From the NCBI RefSeq assembly GCF_000012905.2, contig NC_007493.2, positions 720,001-752,000 on the forward strand: a stretch of 32,000 nucleotides of DNA, in the 5' to 3' direction. Both the position numbers and the translations under genes were made by a program. Source of the stretch: Cereibacter sphaeroides 2.4.1 (GTDB taxonomy: Bacteria; Pseudomonadota; Alphaproteobacteria; Rhodobacterales; Rhodobacteraceae). The notes under the pieces are model-generated. The model made no database searches. It had not been told where the DNA came from and was given only the letters and a program-made list of their open reading frames with translations. This document shows, one piece after another, positions 24,466-32,000 of the stretch (within the stretch, counting starts at the first letter, position 1; each line of letters begins with the position of its first letter).

Positions 24466-24494
24466 TGATCCGGGAAGCGGGCCCGCGCGTAAGA
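24466..24494 (+). promoter_or_regulatory. ECF sigma-E (RpoE/ChrR regulon)-type promoter upstream of the photolyase gene
   Basis: TGATCC (24466-24471), a 16-nt spacer, then CGTAAGA (24488-24494). This matches the R. sphaeroides sigma-E promoter pattern (TGATCC -35, CGTA/TAAGA -10) as I recall it from the singlet-oxygen regulon literature. The photolyase ATG is 21 nt downstream. Confidence 0.6.
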
Positions 24495-24514
24495 GGGAGG
24501 AGACGAGAAAGGGC

Positions 24515-25930
24515 ATGATGGCCGACGCTCCCCTGATCCTGTGGTTCCGGCGCGATCTGCGGCTGGCCGACAATCCGATGCTGGCAGAGGCGGCGGCCAC
24601 GGGCCGGCCGCTGATCCCGCTGTTCATTCTGGATCCCGAGACCGAGGCGCTGGGCGCCGCGCCGAAATGGCGGCTGGGTCTCGGGGTGGAGGCCTTCGCT
24701 CGGGCGCTGGAAGGACTGGGCAGCCGGCTCGTGCTGCGGCGGGGGCCGGCGCTTGCCGTGCTCGAGGCGCTGGTGGCCGAGACCGGGGCTGCGGGGGTGC
24801 ACTGGTCGCGGCTCTGGGAGCCGGACTGGCGGGCGCGCGACGAGGGGGTGAAGGCGGGGCTCCGGCAGGCGGGCATCGAGGCCGCGAGCCATGCGGGCCA
24901 TACGATCTTCGAGCCCCGCGAGGTGGAGACCGGGCAGGGCGGCTTCTACCGGGTCTATACGCCGTTCTGGAAAGCGGTGAAGGACCGCCCGGTCGCGGCT
25001 TCCTCCCCGCCGCCCGCGCGGCTGCTGTCTCCCGCGGAGTGGCCGGTCTCCGAGCGGCTGGCCTGTTGGGATCTGGGGCGGGCGATGCACCGAGGCGCGG
25101 CCGTGGTGGCGCCGCATCTGGCGGTGGGCGAGGCGGCGGCGGCCGAACGGCTGACGCGGTTCCTGAGCGGGCCGCTCGACCGCTATGCCGCGGAGCGCGA
25201 CCGGCCGGATGCGCCCGTGACCTCGCGCCTGTCGGAAAACCTCACCTATGGCGAGATCTCGGCCCGCAGCCTCTGGCACGCCGGCATGCGTGCCCGTGCG
25301 GAGGGGCGGGCGGGGGCCGAGAAGTTCCTCCAGGAGCTCGCCTGGCGCGAGTTCGGCTGGCATCTGCTCTACCACACGCCCGAGATCGCGCGCCGCAACT
25401 GGCGCGGCGACTGGGATGCCTTTCCCTGGCGCGGCGACAATCCCGACGCGGAACGCTGGCGGCGTGGCATGACCGGCGAGCCCTTCGTCGATGCGGCCAT
25501 GCGCGAACTGTTCGTGACCGGCACCATGCACAACCGCGCGCGGCTGATCGCGGGCAGTTACCTTACGAAGCATCTGCTGACTGACTGGCGCGTGGGTCAG
25601 GCCTGGTTCGAGGACTGCCTGATCGACTGGGACCCGGCGTCGAACGCGCTCGGCTGGCAGTGGGTCGCAGGGTCGGGGCCCGATGCCTCGCCCTATTTCC
25701 GCATCTTCAACCCCGCGACCCAGGCCGAGAAGTTCGATCCCGAGAGTGCCTATCGCCAGAGGTTCCTTGCTGAAATCGCGCGCAGGCCCGGCCCCGAGGC
25801 GCTTGCCTTCTTCGAGGCGGTGCCGCGAAGCTGGGGCCTTCGGCCCGATCGATGCTACCCTCGGCCCGTCGTGGGGCTGGCGGAGGGGCGGGAGCGGGCA
25901 CTGGCCGCCTACGGGCGGCGCAACAACTGA
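24515..25930 (+). CDS. phr: Deoxyribodipyrimidine (CPD) photolyase, 471 aa
   Basis: MMADAPLILWFRRDLRLADNPML (N-terminal photolyase domain)...FVDAAMRELFVTGTMHNRARLIAGSYLTKHL...WQWVAGSGPDASPYFRIFNP (FAD-binding domain 7). I chose ATG 24515, downstream of the predicted promoter. The track start 24443 lies upstream of the -35 box. Confidence 0.9.
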   Translation: MMADAPLILWFRRDLRLADNPMLAEAAATGRPLIPLFILDPETEALGAAPKWRLGLGVEAFARALEGLGSRLVLRRGPALAVLEALVAETGAAGVHWSRLWEPDWRARDEGVKAGLRQAGIEAASHAGHTIFEPREVETGQGGFYRVYTPFWKAVKDRPVAASSPPPARLLSPAEWPVSERLACWDLGRAMHRGAAVVAPHLAVGEAAAAERLTRFLSGPLDRYAAERDRPDAPVTSRLSENLTYGEISARSLWHAGMRARAEGRAGAEKFLQELAWREFGWHLLYHTPEIARRNWRGDWDAFPWRGDNPDAERWRRGMTGEPFVDAAMRELFVTGTMHNRARLIAGSYLTKHLLTDWRVGQAWFEDCLIDWDPASNALGWQWVAGSGPDASPYFRIFNPATQAEKFDPESAYRQRFLAEIARRPGPEALAFFEAVPRSWGLRPDRCYPRPVVGLAEGRERALAAYGRRNN

Positions 25931-25963
25931 GACACGGCCCTCTGCCGACGAGGAAGGACACGA

Positions 25964-27175
25964 ATGACGGCTCTGACCAGCACGCGCGGCCAGCAGGATC
26001 TGCCGCGCTATTTCTCGCAGGTGTTCGACGTGATGCAGGGACTGCGCCACGGTCGGCTCGACTTCGTGCTCGACGACGGGCGGCGCTTCCGGGTCGAGGG
26101 GCAGGGGCCGGGGCCGGTCGCCGAACTCGACATTCATGATGCGGATCTCTTCGCCCGTCTGATCCGCGAGGGCGACCTCGGCTTCTGCGAGGCCTATCTC
26201 GACGGCGGCTGGTCGACGCCGGACCTGCAGGCCTTCATGGATCTGATCCATGCCGACAATGACGATGTCTATGACGGCTTTCCCGGTCAGGGGCTGCTGC
26301 GCGCCTACGAGAACCTGCGCCACTGGCTGCGCGGCAACTCGAAGCGGCAGGCCCGCCGCAACATCGCGGCCCATTACGACCTCGGCAACGACTTCTACGC
26401 CCTCTGGCTCGACGAGAGCATGACCTATTCCTCGGCGCTCTTCCGGACCGGGCAGGAGAGCCTCGAGGAGGCGCAGCGGGCGAAATATGCCAGCATGGTC
26501 GACCGGATCGGCGCGCAGCCCGGCGAGCATGTGCTGGAGATCGGCTGCGGTTGGGGCGGCTTCGCCGAATATGCGGCGCGCGAGCGGGGGCTGCGGGTGA
26601 CGGGCCTCACCATCAGCCAGGCGCAGCACGATTATGCGGTCGAGCGGATCGCGCGGGCGGGCCTGTCGGACCGGGTCGAGATCCGGCTTCAGGACTACCG
26701 CGACGAGCGGGGCAGCTTCGACGGCATCGCCTCGATCGAGATGTTCGAGGCGGTGGGCGAGAAATACTGGCCGGTCTATTTCCAGACCCTGCGCGAGCGG
26801 CTGAAGCCCGGGCGCAATGCCACGCTGCAGATCATCACCGTGCAGGACAAGAGGTGGGAGGTCTACCGGCGGGGGGTGGATTTCATTCAGAAGTACATCT
26901 TCCCCGGCGGGATGCTGCCCTCGCCCACCGCGCTCCGGGTCGAGGTGGCGAAGGCGGGGCTGCATGTAACGGACTCGGTCGAGTTCGGCGAGAGCTATTC
27001 CATGACGCTGCGCCGCTGGCACGAGACCTTCAACGACCGCTGGGACCGGGTGGCGGCGCTGGGCTTCGACGAGAGGTTCCGCCGCATGTGGAACTTCTAT
27101 CTCACCTCTTGCGCAGGCTCATTCGACGGCGGAAACTGCGACGTGACGCAGATCACCGTAACGCGGGCCGCGTAA
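25964..27175 (+). CDS. Cyclopropane-fatty-acyl-phospholipid synthase-family SAM methyltransferase (CfaS/UfaM-like), 403 aa
   Basis: NIAAHYDLGNDFYALWLDESMTYSSALF...VLEIGCGWGGFAEYAA (SAM motif I)...IASIEMFEAVGEKYW...IFPGGMLPS is a typical CFA synthase/mycolic-acid methyltransferase fold. By synteny behind the sigma-E-dependent photolyase it probably corresponds to the R. sphaeroides methylase implicated in methylated/furan fatty-acid synthesis. That link is from memory, not verified. Confidence 0.9.
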   Translation: MTALTSTRGQQDLPRYFSQVFDVMQGLRHGRLDFVLDDGRRFRVEGQGPGPVAELDIHDADLFARLIREGDLGFCEAYLDGGWSTPDLQAFMDLIHADNDDVYDGFPGQGLLRAYENLRHWLRGNSKRQARRNIAAHYDLGNDFYALWLDESMTYSSALFRTGQESLEEAQRAKYASMVDRIGAQPGEHVLEIGCGWGGFAEYAARERGLRVTGLTISQAQHDYAVERIARAGLSDRVEIRLQDYRDERGSFDGIASIEMFEAVGEKYWPVYFQTLRERLKPGRNATLQIITVQDKRWEVYRRGVDFIQKYIFPGGMLPSPTALRVEVAKAGLHVTDSVEFGESYSMTLRRWHETFNDRWDRVAALGFDERFRRMWNFYLTSCAGSFDGGNCDVTQITVTRAA

Positions 27176-27200
27176 GACGGCCCCCTCGGGCAGGACAGGA

Positions 27201-27641
27201 ATGCCGACCGCCGCCAAACTCGTCGCCGCCCTGGCCTTCGCGGCGCTGGGCTATCTGGGGGGGCGGCTCTTCGCCGGGGAAGTGCCCGAGGGCACGCCCA
27301 CCGCCCTCTTCGGCCCCTGGGGCGCGCTTGCGGGGCTTCTCTGCGGCTGGGCGATCTCGGGCGCGCGGGCCGGGCGGGGCTACTGGCCCGCGCTCGGGAC
27401 GGGCGTACGGACGGTGGTGACGGGGGTCTTTCTCGCGCTCCTCGGCTATTCCCTCTACATCATGGTGCTCCGCGCGATGCGGATGCTCTATGACGGCCCG
27501 ATCGAGGCGCTGCTCGGGGTGTTTGATCTCATGCTGGATCAGGCGCAGCTTCTGGCGAGGCCCGAGATTCTCGGCACGCTCGCCCTGGGCGGGATGATCG
27601 CGGGCAGTCTGACGGAATGGGCCGGGCGACGGTGGAAATGA
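27201..27641 (+). CDS. trgA: TrgA-like small membrane protein (tellurite-resistance locus), 146 aa
   Basis: Four hydrophobic segments. Its position directly upstream of a Nudix-domain gene and cysK matches the published R. sphaeroides trgAB-cysK locus. The assignment rests on that synteny. Confidence 0.75.
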   Translation: MPTAAKLVAALAFAALGYLGGRLFAGEVPEGTPTALFGPWGALAGLLCGWAISGARAGRGYWPALGTGVRTVVTGVFLALLGYSLYIMVLRAMRMLYDGPIEALLGVFDLMLDQAQLLARPEILGTLALGGMIAGSLTEWAGRRWK

Positions 27642-28726
27642 TGCGTGTCTTTCTCTGCGGGCCGCTGGCCTCCGACGGGCTGCGGCAGCGGGTGCTGGGC
27701 TCCGCCCCGGACGGGGTGCCCGCGCGGCTCGCCGATCATGCTCTGGGCGCGGCGGGGGCCACGGTCTCGCCCATGCCTGCGCCCGGCGCGTCGGTGGCGG
27801 GCCTCGTGATGGAGCTCGGTGCCGAGGCGGGGGCGCGGCTCCTGCACTACCAGACCGCGACCGGCCACGAGGCCCGCACGCTCGCGGTGGCGGGCGCGCC
27901 GGCGCTCGTCTTCTTCGCCCCGCCCGAGGGGCTCGAGCCGTGGGACGAGGCGGCGTGGGGCGCGCTCTGGGGGCCCATCGTCGTCGCCACGGCGGGCGAC
28001 GTGATGGCCCTCTGGCCGGAGGTGCCGGCCGAGCGGATCGCGCGACGCTACCGGCTGATGCTGGTGCAGGGCGCGAGCCGCGTGCGGGCCGCGGCCGATC
28101 CGGGGCCGGCCCGGCGGCGCCATGCCGCGCAGCCGGGCGACGTCCGGATCGTGCGGCGCAGCCAGCCCTATGCCAATTTCTTCGCGGTGGAGGAATATGA
28201 CCTGTCGTTCCGCAGCTTCGGCGGCGGCATGAGCCCCACGCTGAACCGCGCCGTCTTCATCTCCGGCGATGCGGTGACGGTGGTGCCCTACGATCCGGTG
28301 CGCGACCGGGTGCTGCTGATCGAGCAGTTCCGCCCCGGTCCCCTCGGCCGCGGCGATGCCCAGCCCTGGCTCCTCGAGCCCATCGCAGGCCGGGTCGATC
28401 CCGGAGAGACGCCCGAGGCCGCGGCCCGCCGCGAGGCGGTGGAGGAGGCGGGGCTCGACCTCGGCGCGCTCCTGCCGGTGGCCTCCTACTATCCGACCCC
28501 GGCGGCCAAGGCGGAATATCTCTATTCCTATGTCGCGCTGGCCCAGCTGGACGACGGGATCGAGGGCATCTTCGGCATGGAGGGCGAGGGCGAGGACATC
28601 CGCGGCCACCTCATGTCCTTCGATGAGATGATGGCGCTGATCCGCTCGGGCGAGATCTGCAACGGGCCGCTCCTGCTCACCGCCTTATGGCTCGACCGCG
28701 AACGCCCGCGCCTGCGCGGGGAGTGA
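27638..28726 (+). CDS. trgB: TrgB-like protein: N-terminal gamma-glutamylcyclotransferase/AIG2-like region fused to a C-terminal Nudix (ADP-ribose pyrophosphatase-like) domain
   Basis: Perfect Nudix box GRVDPGETPEAAARREAVEEAGL (Gx5Ex7REUxEExGU). The N-terminus MMRVFLCGPL...VAGLVMEL resembles GGACT-like proteins. The ATG at 27638 forms an ATGA overlap with the trgA stop. An alternative ATG at 27617 is in frame. Confidence 0.82.
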   Translation: MMRVFLCGPLASDGLRQRVLGSAPDGVPARLADHALGAAGATVSPMPAPGASVAGLVMELGAEAGARLLHYQTATGHEARTLAVAGAPALVFFAPPEGLEPWDEAAWGALWGPIVVATAGDVMALWPEVPAERIARRYRLMLVQGASRVRAAADPGPARRRHAAQPGDVRIVRRSQPYANFFAVEEYDLSFRSFGGGMSPTLNRAVFISGDAVTVVPYDPVRDRVLLIEQFRPGPLGRGDAQPWLLEPIAGRVDPGETPEAAARREAVEEAGLDLGALLPVASYYPTPAAKAEYLYSYVALAQLDDGIEGIFGMEGEGEDIRGHLMSFDEMMALIRSGEICNGPLLLTALWLDRERPRLRGE

Positions 28727-29058
28727 CGAACCGCCCCCGCCGGTATCGAGGTTCGCCGCCACGCCGCCTGACGGCGCCCGCGGCCGCAAGCGTCCGGCCG
28801 TCGGCTGCCCCGCTCGGGAAGAGCTCTGCCGGATACTGCCCTCCGGCAATTCGCTGAGGCCTGCGTCCCGGTGCGGTCGCGGGTTCTGCCTTGGCTCCGC
28901 GAGGAAGAGGGCGTCGCGCGGGTCTGACCGGCAGGCGCGCCATGGCCTTCCGCCCGTCCGGGCTGAAAGCCGCTGAGCGCCGGCAGGCGTGATGGCGGCG
29001 GCGCTTGAGTTCGCCGGACCTGCCTCCTACACAGGGAGCCTCAGAAAGGACGGCCCCC

Positions 29059-30093
29059 ATGCGCATCCAACGTGACCTTGCCGAAGCGATCGGCAACACC
29101 CCCCTCATCCGCCTCCGCAAGGCGTCGGAGCTCACGGGCTGCGAGATCCTCGGGAAATGCGAGTTCCTGAACCCGGGCCAGTCGGTCAAGGACCGCGCCG
29201 CGCTCTACATCATCCGCGATGCGGTGGCGAAGGGGCTCCTGCAACCGGGCGGCACCATCGTCGAGGGGACGGCCGGCAACACCGGGATCGGCCTGTCGCT
29301 GGTGGGCGCCTCGATGGGCTTCCGCACGGTCATCGTCATCCCCGAGACCCAGAGCCAGGAGAAGAAGGACATGCTGCGCCTTGCGGGCGCGCATCTCGTT
29401 CAGGTTCCGGCGGCGCCCTACCGCAATCCGAACAACTACGTCCGCTATTCGGGCCGCCTCGCCGAGGCGCTGGCCCGCACCGAAGAGCGCGGCGCGATCT
29501 GGGCCAACCAGTTCGACAATACCGCGAACCGTCAGGCCCATGTCGAGACGACCGGCCCCGAGATCTGGGAGCAGACCGACGGCAAGGTCGACGGCTTCAT
29601 CTGTGCCGTGGGCTCGGGCGGCACGCTCGCGGGCGTGGCCATGGCGCTTCAGCCCAGGGGCGTGAAGATCGGCCTCGCCGATCCCGAGGGCGCGGCGCTG
29701 CACAGCTTCTACACCGAAGGCACCTTCGAGGCGCCCGGCAGCTCGATCACCGAAGGCATCGGGCAGGGCCGGATCACCGCCAACCTCGAGGGGCTGACCC
29801 CCGACTTCAGCTACCGCATCCCCGATGCCGAGGCGCTGCCGATCATCTTCGACCTGATGCAGGAAGAGGGCCTCTGCCTCGGCGGCTCGTCGGGCGTGAA
29901 CATCGCCGGCGCGATCCGCATGGCGCGCGAGATGGGGCCGGGCCACCGGATCGTGACCGTGCTCTGCGACTACGGCAACCGCTACCAGTCCAAACTCTTC
30001 AATCCGCAGTTCCTGCGCGACAAGGGGCTGCCCGTGCCGCAATGGCTCGACGAGGCGCCCCCGGCGATCCCTGCGGTGTTCGAGGATCTCTGA
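29059..30093 (+). CDS. cysK: Cysteine synthase A / O-acetylserine sulfhydrylase-family PLP enzyme, 344 aa
   Basis: IGNTPLIRL...NPGQSVKDRAA (PLP lysine)...GTAGNTGIGL...GSGGTLAG...GSSGVN. ATG at 29059; the track start 29005 is a TTG with a poor N-terminus. Confidence 0.9.
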   Translation: MRIQRDLAEAIGNTPLIRLRKASELTGCEILGKCEFLNPGQSVKDRAALYIIRDAVAKGLLQPGGTIVEGTAGNTGIGLSLVGASMGFRTVIVIPETQSQEKKDMLRLAGAHLVQVPAAPYRNPNNYVRYSGRLAEALARTEERGAIWANQFDNTANRQAHVETTGPEIWEQTDGKVDGFICAVGSGGTLAGVAMALQPRGVKIGLADPEGAALHSFYTEGTFEAPGSSITEGIGQGRITANLEGLTPDFSYRIPDAEALPIIFDLMQEEGLCLGGSSGVNIAGAIRMAREMGPGHRIVTVLCDYGNRYQSKLFNPQFLRDKGLPVPQWLDEAPPAIPAVFEDL

Positions 30094-30096
30094 CCC

Positions 30097-32000
30097 ATGA
30101 AGGCCCTGCGTTCGATGCGGCTCTGGTTGGTCTGGGCCTGTCTGGCCTGCGCGGCGCTGCACGCCTTCGCCCCCGCTCCGACGCTGGCGCAGGGCATCCT
30201 CGGGCCCGCGACCTCGGCCGACGAGCTCGCCCCGCCCGACTACAAGCAGTGGGAGAAGACGGCGACCCGCGCCGAACGCGAGATCGCCGACCGCGAGACC
30301 GACAGCGTCGCCTACGAGGCGATGCGCGGCTATCTGGTCGAATGGCGCGACACCTTCCTGCGCGCGCAGGGCATCAACGCCAGCCGCATCGCCTCGGTGC
30401 GGGGTCAGGTCGACGCGCTGGGGCCCGCGCCCGCCGAGGGCGCGACCGAGCCCGACGACATCGCCCAGCGGCGCAAGGAACTGACCGAGCAGCTGGCCGA
30501 GCTGCGCGCCCCGGTCGTGTCGGCCGAGGAGGCCTATCAGCGCGCCGACGGGCTGATCCGCGAGATCGACCGCGTGGTGCGCGAGCGCCAGACGCAGGAA
30601 CTGCTGCGCCTCTGGCCCATGCCGCTCAATCCGGCCAACTGGCCGGCGGCGGCCAGCGAGACGAGCACCCTCGCCGTCGATCTGTGGAACGAGGGGGCCA
30701 CCCGGTTCGGGTCGGAGCGGGCTCGCGCCACCGCGCGCGACAACCTTCCCGCGATCCTCGGGCTTCTGGTGGTGGGCCTGCTGCTGATCGCCCGGGGCCG
30801 GGCGCTGATGGAGCGCCTGACCCAGACGCTTCAGGATCAGGCATCCGCGCGCGGCCGCAAGGTGGGCTCGCTGCTCGTCTCGCTGGGCCAGATCGTGGCG
30901 CCGGTCGCGGGCGTGGTGGCCGTGAGCCACGCGATCACGCTCTCGGCGATGGCCGGGCCGCGCACGACGCTGGTCGTCGAGGTGCTGCCCGCGATCAGCT
31001 TCATCCTCTATGCGGCTGGCTGGCTGGCAGGCCGGGTCTTCCCCAAGAACGGCCTGCAGACCTCGCCGCTGAACCTCTCCGAGGACCGTCGGCGCGAAGG
31101 CCGGTTCCACACCGCGATGTTCGGCGTCGTGATGGCGCTCGACGCGCTGCGCACCGTGGCGCTGCCGCCCGCGCGGGTGGGCGAGGCCGCAACCTCGGTC
31201 ATGGCCTTCCCGTTCATCGTGGTGGCGGGGCTCCTGCTGTTCCGCATCGGTCAGCTGATGCTCGCCAGCGTGCGCAACGATCTGGGCGACGACGAACCTT
31301 CGAGCTTCCGCAACAGCGTGATCGACCTTCTGGGCCGCGGCGCCATCGCGATCGGCGTGATCGCGCCGCTGCTGGCGCTGCCGGGCTACATCGCCGCGGC
31401 GACGGCGCTGGTCTATCCGGCGGGCCTGACCCTCGGGCTGATCGGCGTGCTCTTCGTCTTGCAGACGCTGGTGGTCGATCTCTACGGCCTCGCCACGCGG
31501 AACGAGGACGGCGGGCGCGACGCGCTTCTGCCGGTGCTGATCGGCTTCCTGCTCGCGCTCGCTCTGGTGCCGCTGCTGGCGCTCGTCTGGGGCGCGCGGG
31601 TGGCGGACCTCACCGAGATCTGGGCCCGCTTCCGCGAGGGCTATCAGGTGGGCTCCACCCGGATCTCGCCCACGAGCTTCCTTCTGCTCGCCATCGTCTT
31701 CTCGATCGGCTACGGCATCACGCGCCTGCTGCAAGGCGCGCTGAAAAGCCAGATCCTGCCCAAGACCCGGCTCGATCAGGGCGGGCGCAATGCCGTCGTG
31801 TCGGGCGTGGGCTATCTCGGGATCATCCTCGCGGCCCTCGTCGCGGTCAATTCGGCGGGCCTCGACCTGTCGAACCTCGCCATCGTCGCCGGGGCCCTCT
31901 CGGTCGGCATCGGTTTCGGCCTGCAGAACATCGTCGGCAACTTCGTCTCGGGCATCATCCTGCTGATCGAGCGCCCGGTCTCCGAGGGCGACTGGATCGA
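30097..32000 (+). CDS. MscS-family mechanosensitive channel with long N-terminal periplasmic/multi-TM extension (MscK/DUF3772-like); 3' end outside the window
   Basis: Not in the ORF track because no stop is reached. My own translation from ATG 30097: signal-like MKALRSMRLWLVWACLACAALHAFA, a coiled-coil-like region, many TM helices, then the MscS core motif GIGFGLQNIVGNFVSGIILLIERPVSEGDWI at the window edge. Confidence 0.85.
   Translation, partial: MKALRSMRLWLVWACLACAALHAFAPAPTLAQGILGPATSADELAPPDYKQWEKTATRAEREIADRETDSVAYEAMRGYLVEWRDTFLRAQGINASRIASVRGQVDALGPAPAEGATEPDDIAQRRKELTEQLAELRAPVVSAEEAYQRADGLIREIDRVVRERQTQELLRLWPMPLNPANWPAAASETSTLAVDLWNEGATRFGSERARATARDNLPAILGLLVVGLLLIARGRALMERLTQTLQDQASARGRKVGSLLVSLGQIVAPVAGVVAVSHAITLSAMAGPRTTLVVEVLPAISFILYAAGWLAGRVFPKNGLQTSPLNLSEDRRREGRFHTAMFGVVMALDALRTVALPPARVGEAATSVMAFPFIVVAGLLLFRIGQLMLASVRNDLGDDEPSSFRNSVIDLLGRGAIAIGVIAPLLALPGYIAAATALVYPAGLTLGLIGVLFVLQTLVVDLYGLATRNEDGGRDALLPVLIGFLLALALVPLLALVWGARVADLTEIWARFREGYQVGSTRISPTSFLLLAIVFSIGYGITRLLQGALKSQILPKTRLDQGGRNAVVSGVGYLGIILAALVAVNSAGLDLSNLAIVAGALSVGIGFGLQNIVGNFVSGIILLIERPVSEGDWI

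Noticed and set aside
24434-27022. 862-aa ORF on the minus strand, plus 22870-24876 (-) 668 aa and 21224-23128 (+) 634 aa
   Set aside because: They are antisense to, or out of frame with, the photolyase, the Cfa-family methylase, the aminotransferase and the binding-protein genes. They have no motifs and poor composition.
29041-31734. 897-aa ORF on the minus strand
   Set aside because: It is antisense to cysK and the MscS-family gene, both of which carry unmistakable family motifs. The ORF has low-complexity Arg/Asp/Gly composition.

Overview
High-GC (roughly 68-70%) alphaproteobacterial chromosomal segment. Three things point to Rhodobacter/Cereibacter sphaeroides or a close relative: the trgA-trgB-cysK tellurite-resistance arrangement, an ECF sigma-E-type promoter in front of a photolyase plus a Cfa-family methylase, and a circularly permuted two-piece tmRNA encoding the tag ANDNRAPVALAA. 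I can support about 33 protein genes. They include the recN 3' end, a D-lactate-dehydrogenase-like FAD oxidase with an NTF2-fold partner, and a split-MetH-like corrinoid methyltransferase cluster with DUF1638. Also present are a PA0069-type radical SAM gene, the ATPase zeta-inhibitor gene, purC-purS-purQ, and a DctB/NtrC-like two-component pair. The rest are rne, tusA, ccdA, fumC with DUF4169 and RHH genes, sspB, DUF1194, an orphan polyamine-type binding protein, a class-V aminotransferase, phr, a cfa-family gene, trgAB, cysK and an MscS-family channel that runs off the 3' edge. There is one ncRNA gene (ssrA). I found no rRNA, tRNA, CRISPR, IS elements, transposases or integrases, so this is core genome, not an obvious island. 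Most long ORFs in the six-frame track are GC-rich shadow ORFs antisense to real genes. The observations most worth a second look: (1) a three-copy composite intergenic element made of G/C-run hairpins plus a conserved AT-rich ~30-nt core; (2) an apparent 1-nt frameshift that puts the conserved RNase E C-terminal GWW tail out of frame; (3) the split-MetH/DUF1638 cluster with a translationally coupled 50-codon membrane ORF; (4) tight same-strand packing of phr, the cfa-family gene, trgA and trgB behind one sigma-E-type promoter; (5) an NtrC-family regulator lacking the GAFTGA loop; (6) fumC translationally coupled to a DUF4169/RHH pair; (7) a 231-nt hairpin-rich spacer inside the purS-purQ junction. 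All homology calls come from reading the translations by eye. No database search was run.
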